In this document: one piece after another, positions 17,299 to 26,828 of the stretch
Numbering within the stretch: the first letter of the stretch is position 1
Layout: each line of letters opens with the position of its first letter
Assembly (NCBI GenBank): GCA_900319565.1
Contig: ONPC01000133.1
Coordinates: 12,323-76,322 of the forward strand
Origin: an uncultured Eubacteriales bacterium
GTDB lineage: Bacteria; Bacillota; Clostridia; Lachnospirales; Lachnospiraceae
Direction: 5' to 3'
Length of the DNA stretch: 64,000 nucleotides
The notes under the pieces: generated by a model
The model's input: the letters and a program-made list of their open reading frames with translations, nothing else
What the model was told of the DNA's origin: nothing
Databases searched by the model: none
Program-made: the position numbers and the translations under genes

Positions 17299-19452
17299 AT
17301 GAAAAACAAGACAGCAAATGAAATCTTTGCGAAACGGGCGCGCGAACTGGTCGCACAGATGACGACACAGGAGAAGGTGTTCCAGACCCTGCATGGCGCC
17401 GCGCAAATCGAACGTCTGGGTATCCCGGCCTATAACTACTGGAATGAAGCACTGCATGGCGTAGCCAGAGCCGGAGTTGCGACGGTATTCCCGCAGGCCA
17501 TCGGACTGGCTGCGACCTTCGATGAATCGTTTCTCGAGCAGGTTGCGGACACCATATCTACAGAGGGCCGCGGAAAATATAAGATGCAAAGTGAACACGG
17601 AGATCGGGATATCTATAAAGGTCTGACCTTCTGGTCACCGAATGTGAATATTTTCCGTGATCCCAGGTGGGGCCGCGGCCATGAGACGTTGGGAGAGGAC
17701 CCGTACCTTTCGTCCCGACTCGGCACCGGTTTCGTTCACGGAATTCAGGGACATGACGAGACGTATCTGAAAGCAGCAGCCTGCGCGAAGCATTTTGCTG
17801 TCCATTCCGGCCCGGAGGATATACGGCACAGTTTTAACGCAGAGGTCAGCGAGCAGGATCTGCGTGAGACCTATCTGCCTGCTTTTAAAACGCTGGTAGA
17901 AGAGGCTGACGTTGAGATCGTGATGGGCGCATACAACCGTACCAACGGAGAACCTTGCTGCGGAAGCAAGCGTTTACTGGTCGACATTCTGCGTGGAGAG
18001 TGGGGGTTTGAAGGGCACGTGACCAGTGACTGTTGGGCCATTCGGGATTTCCATGAACATCATAAGGTCACGGACAATGCAGTCGAATCAGTTGCACTCG
18101 CCATGAACCGCGGCTGTGATCTGAACTGCGGCAACATCTATGTGAACCTGCTGCAGGCAGTACAGGACGGACTGGTCTCCGAGGAGACGTTAGACACTGC
18201 AGTTACGCGGCTTTTGACGACCCGGATGAAGCTGGGACTGTTTGATCCTGAGGAAAAAGTGCCTTATGCATCCATTGGCTACGATCAGGTCGACTCCGTG
18301 AAAAACCGGGCGCTGAACCTGAAGGCGGCAGAGAAATGTGTCGTTTTGCTTAAGAATGAGAAAGGACTGCTTCCGTTAAAGAAAGAAACCATTCATACCA
18401 TCGGCGTGATCGGACCGAACGCGGATAATCGTAAAGCCTTAGTGGGTAACTATGAAGGAACTGCGTCCCGTTATATCACGATTTTGGAAGGTATCCAGGA
18501 TTATGTAGGAGATACAGTCCGGGTGCGTTATTCCGAGGGCTGCCATCTGTGCCGTGAAAAGGTGCAGAACCTTGCGGCCGGGCCTGACCGTATGGCAGAA
18601 GTGAAGGCAGTCTGTGAGGAGAGTGACGTTGTCATCGCGTGCATGGGTCTGGACGCCGGCCTCGAAGGAGAGGAAGGCGATCAGGGCAATCAGTTCGCCA
18701 GCGGAGATAAGCCGAACCTGAACCTGCCCGGAATTCAGGAGGATGTTCTTAAGATCCTTGTGGAGTCCGGAAAACCTGTGGTCCTGGTGATCCTGTCCGG
18801 AAGCGCGCTCGCCGTGAACTACGCAGATGAAAACATCCCTGCGATCCTGCAGGGCTGGTATCCCGGAGCGCAGGGTGGTAAAGCGATCGCGAAGATCCTG
18901 TTCGGCGATGCCTGTCCGGAAGGAAAACTGCCCATCACATTCTATCGCTCCACGGAGGAATTGCCCGCGTTCACCGATTACAACATGAAGGGACGCACCT
19001 ATCGGTACATGAAGAACGAGGCTCTGTATCCTTTCGGTTACGGCCTGTCCTACACGACGTTTGAGATGTCGGCCGGTGTTTCCGCTGCCGAGATCCGGCC
19101 CGATTCGTGCATCACCGTGACCGCAACCGTCGAAAACACCGGTGCCTTTGACAGTAACTATACGCTGCAGGCGTACGTGAAATATGTCGACGGGGATGCG
19201 TCTGCGCCGAACTGCCAGCTAAAGGGAATCCGTAAAGTGGCTCTGAAAGCGGGAGAGAAGAAGACTGTTACTCTGAACCTTCCGGCAAACGCTTTTGCCC
19301 TGTATGACGCAGAAGGAAAACTCGTTCTTAATCGCGGTGCATATAAGCTTTTCGTCGGCGACAGCCAGCCGGATAGCCGCAGCGCAAAACTGACCGGAAA
19401 GACTCCGGTATGTTTTGATCTGGCATATAATGGAGAGAATACAGAGATCTGA
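17299..19452 (+). CDS. Glycoside hydrolase family 3 (beta-xylosidase/beta-glucosidase type)
   Basis: ORF 17239-19452. Preferred start is ATG 17299 with GGAGGA at 17287-17292. Motifs YNYWNEALHGV, KHFAVHSGPE and GHVTSDCWAI (nucleophile Asp region). Confidence 0.85.
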   Translation: MKNKTANEIFAKRARELVAQMTTQEKVFQTLHGAAQIERLGIPAYNYWNEALHGVARAGVATVFPQAIGLAATFDESFLEQVADTISTEGRGKYKMQSEHGDRDIYKGLTFWSPNVNIFRDPRWGRGHETLGEDPYLSSRLGTGFVHGIQGHDETYLKAAACAKHFAVHSGPEDIRHSFNAEVSEQDLRETYLPAFKTLVEEADVEIVMGAYNRTNGEPCCGSKRLLVDILRGEWGFEGHVTSDCWAIRDFHEHHKVTDNAVESVALAMNRGCDLNCGNIYVNLLQAVQDGLVSEETLDTAVTRLLTTRMKLGLFDPEEKVPYASIGYDQVDSVKNRALNLKAAEKCVVLLKNEKGLLPLKKETIHTIGVIGPNADNRKALVGNYEGTASRYITILEGIQDYVGDTVRVRYSEGCHLCREKVQNLAAGPDRMAEVKAVCEESDVVIACMGLDAGLEGEEGDQGNQFASGDKPNLNLPGIQEDVLKILVESGKPVVLVILSGSALAVNYADENIPAILQGWYPGAQGGKAIAKILFGDACPEGKLPITFYRSTEELPAFTDYNMKGRTYRYMKNEALYPFGYGLSYTTFEMSAGVSAAEIRPDSCITVTATVENTGAFDSNYTLQAYVKYVDGDASAPNCQLKGIRKVALKAGEKKTVTLNLPANAFALYDAEGKLVLNRGAYKLFVGDSQPDSRSAKLTGKTPVCFDLAYNGENTEI

Positions 19453-19503
19453 GTTGTGACCGGACCTGTGTATTCCCAAAATACGAAGTGATAAAAAGTC
19501 TGA

Positions 19504-19541
19504 GCCCCCGGGGCGAAACGTAAATGTTTCGCCCCGGGGGC
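19504..19541. terminator. Strong GC-rich hairpin between convergent GH3 and araC-type genes (bidirectional terminator)
   Basis: Perfect 16-bp stem GCCCCCGGGGCGAAAC (19504-19519) / GTTTCGCCCCGGGGGC (19526-19541). An A-run upstream gives a U-tract on the minus strand. Confidence 0.7.
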
Positions 19542-19579
19542 CCGGTCATTTAGGATATAGAATGGTTTTCGCTTAAAAC

Positions 19580-20473
19580 TCAGACCGTGTTGCTCTCGCC
19601 ATCCGGCCGGTTGTACATGTTCTTAAACTCGGTCGGCGTGCATTTCTTCGTGCTTTTGAACACGCGGTTAAACGTGGAGATGCTTGAGAACCCGGACTGG
19701 ATGGCGACGTCCGTGATGGTCATGGACGGATCCAAAAGCAGGCGTTCCGCCTCCTTTACCTTACGCTGGTTCAGGTAGTCGTAGAAACTCTGGTTCGTGT
19801 ACTGCTTAAACAGACGTGAGAAGTGGAACTTGCTGAAACCGGCTACGCGGGCAATGTCCTCCAGTGAGATATCCTCGGTAAAGTTTTTGTCGATGTAGTC
19901 GAAGATGATGTTGAATTTGTAGATATACTCCATCTGCTTACGGCCGCGGACCTCCGGGAAGTTTCCGGTGTTCGAATAGATGAATTTGCGGCCGATGATG
20001 ACATTCATCTCCAGGATCTTTGCATAGATGGAAGCCGCCTTCAGCGGAAGCGGTGGGTCGGAGAAATATTCCTCCTCGATCTCGAGCATGATGCGTTTCA
20101 GGGAGTCGTGAATGTCAGGTGCATTTTCCGGAGTCAGAAGACGGGTCCGGTTTGTAATCCGGATGATCTTCTCGAAATCCCACAGATTGTTGATGATCGC
20201 AAAGTCGAACTGCAGGATCAGGCGTACACCGCTTTTCGGGGCAATGAGCTGGTGCAGCTCCCCCGGCGGGATGCAGATGATATCAAACGGGTTCAGGTGG
20301 TATTCCACGCGGTCAATGATAACCGTGTAGTCGTTCTCGATGGGCATGATAAACTCGAATCCTGTGTGCCAGTGGACCGGATAGTTTTCCGATATGTCGT
20401 TGCGATAGAGCAGGATCGAGTTTGAATTGTTGTATTTAATGGTCTCAAAGATACCATTTAAGTTTTCGATCAT
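19580..20473 (-). CDS. AraC-family transcriptional regulator (cupin sensor plus double HTH)
   Basis: N-terminal cupin-like YPVHWHTGFEFIMP. C-terminal ISLEDIARVAGFSKFHFSRLFKQ...ITDVAIQSGFSSISTFNRVFK. GGGAGG RBS upstream of the ATG (complement of 20471-20473). Confidence 0.9.
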   Translation of the reverse strand: MIENLNGIFETIKYNNSNSILLYRNDISENYPVHWHTGFEFIMPIENDYTVIIDRVEYHLNPFDIICIPPGELHQLIAPKSGVRLILQFDFAIINNLWDFEKIIRITNRTRLLTPENAPDIHDSLKRIMLEIEEEYFSDPPLPLKAASIYAKILEMNVIIGRKFIYSNTGNFPEVRGRKQMEYIYKFNIIFDYIDKNFTEDISLEDIARVAGFSKFHFSRLFKQYTNQSFYDYLNQRKVKEAERLLLDPSMTITDVAIQSGFSSISTFNRVFKSTKKCTPTEFKNMYNRPDGESNTV

Positions 20474-20941
20474 TGTAAACCTCCCGGGGGTAGTGCAGCG
20501 CCGCTTACACAGAGGCTGCTGCGATGTGAAGCCGGCCCTCTTCCGAAGGGCATGTGGCGACGGAACCTTTTTTCAGACCGATCCAAACCGTAAAAAGCAA
20601 TTAATGAACAACCTGCACAGGGGCAGGCGGTCGTGTATACTTTGGTGGATCTCAGTCACTTAATCATGATTTTACACTATTTTGCATGACTTGTAAAGAG
20701 ATAATCTGAGGAACAATACTCTGATTTGATAAACAAAACACAAGATATGAGTAGCGTTTATTGTGATATTGACCGGAAGACGTCAGTTTCCGCGAAAAAA
20801 ACCGCAATAATTGAGCAATACAAGCGAAGAAATGAAAAGCATTTCATAAAAAACCGATGTATAATAGAGGCAAAGTGAATAGGTGTGTGGTGTTCTGCCT
20901 GTGAGAGCCTAAATGGGCAGGAGCGCCAACAGGAGGTCTCT

Positions 20942-22969
20942 ATGGAGTATACCGAAGCTTGGCTGAAGTATCGGTGTCTTTCTCTGAGCAGGCAGCAGTG
21001 CGAGGAGAAACTGTACAACAGCTTAATTTCATATGCAGTCACGTCAGAGGAGGGGTTGAAAGAGTCCCCTTGTTTTGCTATGTTGATCTCGGAGTTCGAG
21101 CAGGGTGTGGAATCACTGCTGGGATCGCGTCCCTGCCGTGTTTATGATGGCTCTGAAACGCTGCGATTTGCCGTAGATCCGACGTTTGGAACGCAGGACG
21201 CATATTTGATCGATTTTACACAAAAGGACGGATTTGGCGCAGTTACGGCGCATGACGCGAAAGGCCTGCTCTATGGCGTGTTCCGTTTGTTGCAGCTCGT
21301 GGCGACCGGACAGACTCTGGCCGGCTTAAAACAGACCTGTATTCCGTCGAACCCGCTTCGTATGTTGAACCACTGGGATAACATGGACGGCTCCATCGAG
21401 CGCGGTTATTCCGGCCGTTCGTTCTTCTTTGCGGACGATCAGGTCCTGGTGAACGAGCGCACCCGCGCATACGCGCGACTCGTAGCGTCGGTCGGCATCA
21501 ACGCCGTCGTGATCAACAACGTAAACGTAAGAAGTGCCGCGACCTATCTGATCACGGACCGCTACTTTGATAAAGTACGCGCACTGTCCGAGATCTTTGA
21601 CGAATATGGCATTTCCCTGTATTTAAGTTTGAATTTTGCCGCTCCGATCGAACTGGGAGGTCTGGAGGTTTCCGACCCTCTCGATCCGGGCGTAATAAAC
21701 TGGTGGAAAGAGAAGATGGCAGAGGTCTACGCCGCGGTTCCGAAGCTTGGAGGCTTTTTGGTAAAGGCCGACAGCGAAGGCCGTCCCGGCCCGTTCACCT
21801 ACGGCCGCGACCATGCGGACGGAGCGAACATGCTTGCCCGCGCGGTGCAGCCCTATGGCGGACGCATTATCTGGCGCTGTTTCGTATACAACTGCCGCCA
21901 GGATTGGCGTGACACGAAAACGGATCGCGCACGTTCCGGCTACGATAATTTCATGCCGCTCGACGGACGCTTCCTGGACAATGTCATCCTGCAGATCAAA
22001 AACGGTCCCATGGACTTCCAGGTGCGTGAGCCTGTGCACCCGCTGTTCGGCGGCCTGATGCATACCAACCAGATGCTGGAGGTTCAGATCGCACAGGAAT
22101 ACACCGGACAGCAGAAGCATGTCTGCTATCTGCTTCCGATGTTTAAACAGATCCTGGATTTCAAAACCTACATGCCCGGGCATGAGGACGCGACTGTTGC
22201 GGACATCATCAGCACCCGTGCTCTTAAGAACGCGAACGGCGGTATCGCCGCAGTCGCGAACACGGGTAACGATGAAAACTGGACGGGGCACGATCTCGCC
22301 GCGGCAAACCTGTACGGCTTCGGCCGGCTGGCGTTTGACACGACCGTCGATCCGGAAAGCGTGGCACGCGAGTGGGCGCAGCTGACATTTGCCGGAAGCA
22401 CGCAGGAAGCCATCGACGCGATCGTCGACATCCTGATGCGCTCCTGGCCGGCGTACGAGAAATACACATCGCCGCTGGGCATCGGCTGGATGGTGAACCC
22501 GAACCACCACTACGGACCGAATGTGGAAGGCTACGAGTTCGACCGCTGGGGCACGTATCACCGTGCGAACTGGCGCGGCATCGGCGTGGACCGCACCACG
22601 AAGGGCACCGGTTACACGATGCAGTATCGCGAACCGAATGCCTCCATGTATGAGAACGTGGAGACTTGCCCGGAGGAACTGCTTTTGTTCTTCCATTTTA
22701 TCCCGTACGACTATGTGCTGAAGACCGGAAAGACGCTGATCCAGCATATCTACGACACGCATTTCGAGGGCGCGCAGGAAGCGGAAGGCTTTCTGGACAC
22801 CTGGAAGAAACTCGAAGGGCAGATCGAGGATAAAGAAGCCTACGAGCGTGTGCTGGAGCGCCTTACGATCCAGGCAGACAGCGCCGTGGAGTGGCGCGAC
22901 CGGATCAATACCTACTTCTACCGGCGCTGCGGCGTTTCGGATCAGAAGGGACGCAAGATCTACGAATAA
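20942..22969 (+). CDS. aguA: Alpha-glucuronidase, glycoside hydrolase family 67
   Basis: ORF 20885-22969. Preferred start is ATG 20942 with AGGAGG at 20931-20936. Motifs NHWDNMDGSIERGYSG, FLVKADSEGRPGP and EYTGQQKH. Confidence 0.9.
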   Translation: MEYTEAWLKYRCLSLSRQQCEEKLYNSLISYAVTSEEGLKESPCFAMLISEFEQGVESLLGSRPCRVYDGSETLRFAVDPTFGTQDAYLIDFTQKDGFGAVTAHDAKGLLYGVFRLLQLVATGQTLAGLKQTCIPSNPLRMLNHWDNMDGSIERGYSGRSFFFADDQVLVNERTRAYARLVASVGINAVVINNVNVRSAATYLITDRYFDKVRALSEIFDEYGISLYLSLNFAAPIELGGLEVSDPLDPGVINWWKEKMAEVYAAVPKLGGFLVKADSEGRPGPFTYGRDHADGANMLARAVQPYGGRIIWRCFVYNCRQDWRDTKTDRARSGYDNFMPLDGRFLDNVILQIKNGPMDFQVREPVHPLFGGLMHTNQMLEVQIAQEYTGQQKHVCYLLPMFKQILDFKTYMPGHEDATVADIISTRALKNANGGIAAVANTGNDENWTGHDLAAANLYGFGRLAFDTTVDPESVAREWAQLTFAGSTQEAIDAIVDILMRSWPAYEKYTSPLGIGWMVNPNHHYGPNVEGYEFDRWGTYHRANWRGIGVDRTTKGTGYTMQYREPNASMYENVETCPEELLLFFHFIPYDYVLKTGKTLIQHIYDTHFEGAQEAEGFLDTWKKLEGQIEDKEAYERVLERLTIQADSAVEWRDRINTYFYRRCGVSDQKGRKIYE

Positions 22970-23078
22970 AGAAATAAACGGATCTGCCGTCGGTGCTTAG
23001 CACCTTGTGCAGAACGGTATTTACGGGTGACAGACCACGATACAACAGGCACTGTCACAGGAAAGGATAGTATTTATT

Positions 23079-24155
23079 ATGGAAATGACACTTCGCTGGT
23101 ATGGCAGCAAAAATGACAGTGTGACTCTGAAGCAGATCCGGCAGATCCCCGGAGTGGTGGGCGTTATCTCTGCCCTTCATGACATTCCGGTAGGCATCGC
23201 ATGGACCTACGAGGAGGTCAAGGCGCTTAAGGATGAAGTCGAGGCAGCCGGTCTGCGACTCGTCGGCATCGAGAGCATCAACGTCCATGAGGATATCAAG
23301 CTCGGAGATCCGAAGACCCGCGACATGTATATCGAGAACTATTGCAAGTCCCTGGAGGCTGTCGGAAAGAACGGCATCCACCTGGTTTGCTACAATTTCA
23401 TGCCGATCTTCGACTGGACGCGCACCGATCTGGCCATGCCGCTTCCGGACGGTTCGAACGCACTGGCGTACGATGAGAACGTGATCGCAGGCATTGACCC
23501 GAACGACATGTTCGAGCGCATGGAAAAAGAGAGCGGCGGCTTCGTGCTTCCCGGTTGGGAACCGAACCGTAAAGATGAGATCAAAGAGCTGTTCGAGCGT
23601 TATAAGGGCATGACGGCTGAGCGCCTGATGGAGAATTTCAAATATTTCCTGGACGGCATCATGCCGACCTGTGAGAAATATCAGATCAAGATGGCGGTGC
23701 ATCCGGATGATCCTGCATGGAGCGTTTTCGGCCTGCCCCGCATCGTGACCAGCGAGGAGAGACTGCTTCAGATCGCATCTCTTAATCCGAGCATTTACAA
23801 TGGCTTCACTTTCTGTACGGGAAGCTTGGGCAGCAATCGCGAGAACGATCTGCCGAAGATCATCCGAAATCCGAAGATCGCAGAGCGCATCCATTTCGCG
23901 CATCTCCGCAACATCAAGTTCGAGGATGAGGGCGTGTTCCATGAGAGTTCACACCTGTCGTCGGATGGTTCCTTCGATATGTATGAGATCATGAAGGCTC
24001 TGTCGGACATGGGCTTTGACGGCGTGGTACGTCCGGACCATGGACGCATGATCTGGGACGAACAGGCACGTCCGGGTTATGGTCTGTATGACCGTGCGCT
24101 CGGCGTAGCATACATGAACGGCCTGTGGGAAGCGATCAAAAAGAGTGAGAAATAA
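23079..24155 (+). CDS. uxuA: Mannonate dehydratase
   Basis: N-terminus MEMTLRWYG. 358 aa with a xylose-isomerase-like TIM-barrel pattern (HPDDP) typical of UxuA. Confidence 0.9.
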   Translation: MEMTLRWYGSKNDSVTLKQIRQIPGVVGVISALHDIPVGIAWTYEEVKALKDEVEAAGLRLVGIESINVHEDIKLGDPKTRDMYIENYCKSLEAVGKNGIHLVCYNFMPIFDWTRTDLAMPLPDGSNALAYDENVIAGIDPNDMFERMEKESGGFVLPGWEPNRKDEIKELFERYKGMTAERLMENFKYFLDGIMPTCEKYQIKMAVHPDDPAWSVFGLPRIVTSEERLLQIASLNPSIYNGFTFCTGSLGSNRENDLPKIIRNPKIAERIHFAHLRNIKFEDEGVFHESSHLSSDGSFDMYEIMKALSDMGFDGVVRPDHGRMIWDEQARPGYGLYDRALGVAYMNGLWEAIKKSEK

Positions 24156-24164
24156 GGAGAGATC

Positions 24165-25814
24165 ATGAGACTTTCAGATTTGAACGAAGTGACGGACGAC
24201 GTCCGAAAGCAGTGGGAGAGTAAAGGGTATAAGCTTTCCACGTTTGATCGCGCGGCGGTCACTAAGCGGACGAAAGAGGCACCTACGTGGCTGCATTTCG
24301 GCGCGGGCAATATCTTCCGCGCATTCCCGGCTGCCTTCGCGCAGGATATGTTGGAGGCGGGCCGGATGGACACTGGCATTATCGCCTGTGAAGGCTTTGA
24401 CTACGATATCATCGGTAAGGCATACGCTCCGTATGACAACCGCAGTTTGCTGGTTACTTTGAAGAGCAATGGTTCCCTGGAAAAACGGGTGATCGATTCG
24501 GTCGTAGAATCATTGACCGCGAACCCTGCCATACCCGAGGACATGGAGCGCCTGCTTGCGATCTTCGAGGCACCTTCGTTACAGATGGTGAGCTTTACCA
24601 TTACCGAGAAGGGCTATGCGATCACACGCGGCGACGGAAGTTTGCTTCCGGTCGTAGAGGCGGATTTTGCCGCAGCCGAAGCGGGAGAACTGACCGTTCC
24701 GAAGCATTTGATGGGACTGCTTACCTACCTGCTGTATCAGCGCTTTAAGGCCGGTAAGAAGCCTGTGGCCATGGTGAGCATGGATAACTGCTCCCACAAC
24801 GGCGATAAGCTGAAGAGCGCGATCGTGGCATACGCGAAGCGCTGGGCATACGCGAAGATCGTTCCTGCAGAGTTCCTGGCTTATGTCGAGGATCCTGCGC
24901 AGGTTTCCTTCCCTTGGAGCATGATCGATAAGATCACGCCCCGGCCGGACGCACAGGTCGTTCGCATGCTGGAAGAGGACGGCTTCGAGGATACTGACAT
25001 CATCATCACGGATAAAAAGACCTACACCGCGCCCTTTGTAAACGCCGAGGAGACGCAGTACCTGGTCATCGAGGATACATTTCCCGCGGGACGCCCTGCA
25101 TTCGAAAAGGCAGGCGTGCTGTTCACAAAACGTGAGACGGTGGACCGGGTCGAAAAGATGAAGGTCTGCACCTGCTTAAACCCGCTGCACACATCGTTAG
25201 CCATCTTCGGATGCCTGCTTTCCTACACCAGCATCCATGCAGAGATGAAGGATGTGCATCTGGTTTCACTGATCAAACAGTTGGGCTACAAGGAAGGCAT
25301 GCCGGTCGTTGTGGATCCGGGCATCATCCGCCCGAAGGATTTTATCGACGCAGTTATCGAGCAGCGCCTGCCGAATCCTTTCATGCCGGATACGCCGCAG
25401 CGTATCGCGACGGATACTTCGCAGAAGATCCCGATCCGTTTCGGTGAAACATTGAAGGCCTATGTTAAGAAGAACGATACCGAGAGCCTGAAGAACCTCG
25501 TGGCGCTTCCGTTGACGCTCGCGGCATATGCCCGTTACCTGATGGGTATCGATGACGGCGGTCAGGCATTCATTCCGAGCCCGGATCCGCTCTTGGAACG
25601 CCTTCAGAGCCTCGTAGCGCCGCTTAAACTCGCTACGTCGGATACTCCGGCAGTCATGCCGAAAGAGGTCTGCAGAGCGCTCTACAGCGATACGTCGATC
25701 TTTGTCGTAGACCTGTATCAGATCGGCCTGGGAGAGAAAATCGAAGGTTATCTGTCGGAGATGCTGCAGGGTCCCGGCTCTGTAAGAAAGACACTGAAGA
25801 AATACTTCGGATAG
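24165..25814 (+). CDS. uxuB: Mannitol-dehydrogenase-family oxidoreductase, likely fructuronate reductase (D-mannonate oxidoreductase)
   Basis: N-terminal Rossmann motif HFGAGNIFRAF, plus SMDNCSHNGDKL. It follows uxuA by 9 nt. Substrate specificity is inferred from context only. Confidence 0.7.
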   Translation: MRLSDLNEVTDDVRKQWESKGYKLSTFDRAAVTKRTKEAPTWLHFGAGNIFRAFPAAFAQDMLEAGRMDTGIIACEGFDYDIIGKAYAPYDNRSLLVTLKSNGSLEKRVIDSVVESLTANPAIPEDMERLLAIFEAPSLQMVSFTITEKGYAITRGDGSLLPVVEADFAAAEAGELTVPKHLMGLLTYLLYQRFKAGKKPVAMVSMDNCSHNGDKLKSAIVAYAKRWAYAKIVPAEFLAYVEDPAQVSFPWSMIDKITPRPDAQVVRMLEEDGFEDTDIIITDKKTYTAPFVNAEETQYLVIEDTFPAGRPAFEKAGVLFTKRETVDRVEKMKVCTCLNPLHTSLAIFGCLLSYTSIHAEMKDVHLVSLIKQLGYKEGMPVVVDPGIIRPKDFIDAVIEQRLPNPFMPDTPQRIATDTSQKIPIRFGETLKAYVKKNDTESLKNLVALPLTLAAYARYLMGIDDGGQAFIPSPDPLLERLQSLVAPLKLATSDTPAVMPKEVCRALYSDTSIFVVDLYQIGLGEKIEGYLSEMLQGPGSVRKTLKKYFG

Positions 25815-25833
25815 ATTTTGAGAAAACAACGAA

Positions 25834-25866
25834 ACGGGGCTGCCATGCAGGGCAGTCCCGTTTTTG
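25834..25866 (+). terminator. Rho-independent terminator after uxuB
   Basis: ACGGGGCTGCC (25834-25844) pairs with GGCAGTCCCGT (25851-25861), followed by TTTTT. Confidence 0.75.
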
Positions 25867-25960
25867 CGTACCGGTGTTTCCGAGCAAATATGTTTCTGCC
25901 CGGGCTACGCGCCTTTGCAGCGTGGCAAAAGCGTAAGGGAAATGTGAACCTGAAGCACAG

Positions 25961-26004
25961 AAAAAGGACCTGGAGAAAACGATCGCTCGTTTTTCCACAG
26001 GTCC
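25961..26004 (-). terminator. Rho-independent terminator of small surface-protein gene 1
   Basis: On the minus strand: stem GGACCTGTGGAAAAACGA / TCGTTTTCTCCAGGTCC (one mismatch), followed by TTTTT (complement of 25961-25965). Confidence 0.6.
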
Positions 26005-26031
26005 TTTCTGTCACATATTCAATTGTAGGAA

Positions 26032-26520
26032 TTAAGCTTCTCTTTTACGAAGTACAACCAGAGCTGCGCAGGAAGCCAGAGCCATGATAACGATCGCGGT
26101 GATCGGAGTAGCATCGCCTGCAGAAGCGCCTGCTGCCGGAACGATCACAACGCTCTTAACCTTCATGTTGTTGTAGAAGTTAACGTTCGGAGTGTCACCG
26201 AGAGCTGCTTTAACTTCAGCGATGTCCCAGGTGTACTCGAAAGTATCTTCAACAGCAGGGTTGGTGGTCAGGGTAACGGTGTAAGCCGCTGCAACTTCCC
26301 AGCTGCCGGATTTGCACAGACCGCCGACGCCCCAGTTGGTGATATCGCCCTTGTCGTCATTTGCTCTTCTGACTGTAACCTTTAAGGTTCCGCCTGCATA
26401 GGAGCTCAGATCCACAGTGCCGTTGTCAGTCATTCCCAGATCTACGTCATCTGCGAAAACTACGGTTGCCATAGCCATAACCATGATGGCTGCGAGTAAC
26501 AGAGATAAGAATTTCTTCAT
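26032..26520 (-). CDS. Small secreted protein with a C-terminal GDATPI-TM-RKREA anchor-like tail (paralog 1)
   Basis: ORF 26032-26562. Preferred start is the ATG complementary to 26518-26520, with a GGGGGAA RBS. Signal peptide MKKFLSLLLAAIMVMAMATVVFA. C-terminus AGDATPITAIVIMALASCAALVVLRKREA. Confidence 0.75.
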   Translation of the reverse strand: MKKFLSLLLAAIMVMAMATVVFADDVDLGMTDNGTVDLSSYAGGTLKVTVRRANDDKGDITNWGVGGLCKSGSWEVAAAYTVTLTTNPAVEDTFEYTWDIAEVKAALGDTPNVNFYNNMKVKSVVIVPAAGASAGDATPITAIVIMALASCAALVVLRKREA

Positions 26521-26570
26521 GAGAAAATTCCCCCTTGATTGTATTTGTGACGCCCAAATCACATGTAATT

Positions 26571-26599
26571 ATTGTATCATATAATAAACGAAAAAGCAA
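26571..26599 (-). promoter_or_regulatory. Promoter candidate for surface-protein gene 1
   Basis: Minus strand: TTGCTT (complement of 26594-26599), 17-bp spacer, TACAAT (complement of 26571-26576), with TG at -15/-14. Confidence 0.5.
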
Positions 26600-26757
26600 G
26601 TTCCTTTTTGAAAATATATTGGGAAATCCACTTAAGGGCGGACATAAATGCAGAATTGACAGATAATGCACGAACAAGTCGTAATTTTGCAACATAATGC
26701 ATGATAAATTGAAGATCCTCCGGGAATCGTCTTGCAGCCGGGATAGGTCGGCCGAAT

Positions 26758-26793
26758 CAAAAAGGACCCGCACCATTTGGTGCAGGTCCTTTT
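26758..26793 (-). terminator. Rho-independent terminator of small surface-protein gene 2
   Basis: 14-bp stem AAAGGACCCGCACC / GGTGCAGGTCCTTT (one mismatch), with a U-tract on the minus strand. Confidence 0.65.
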
Positions 26794-26828
26794 ATTCGTT
26801 ACGTTCAGATCGGATCCGATCCGTTCGA

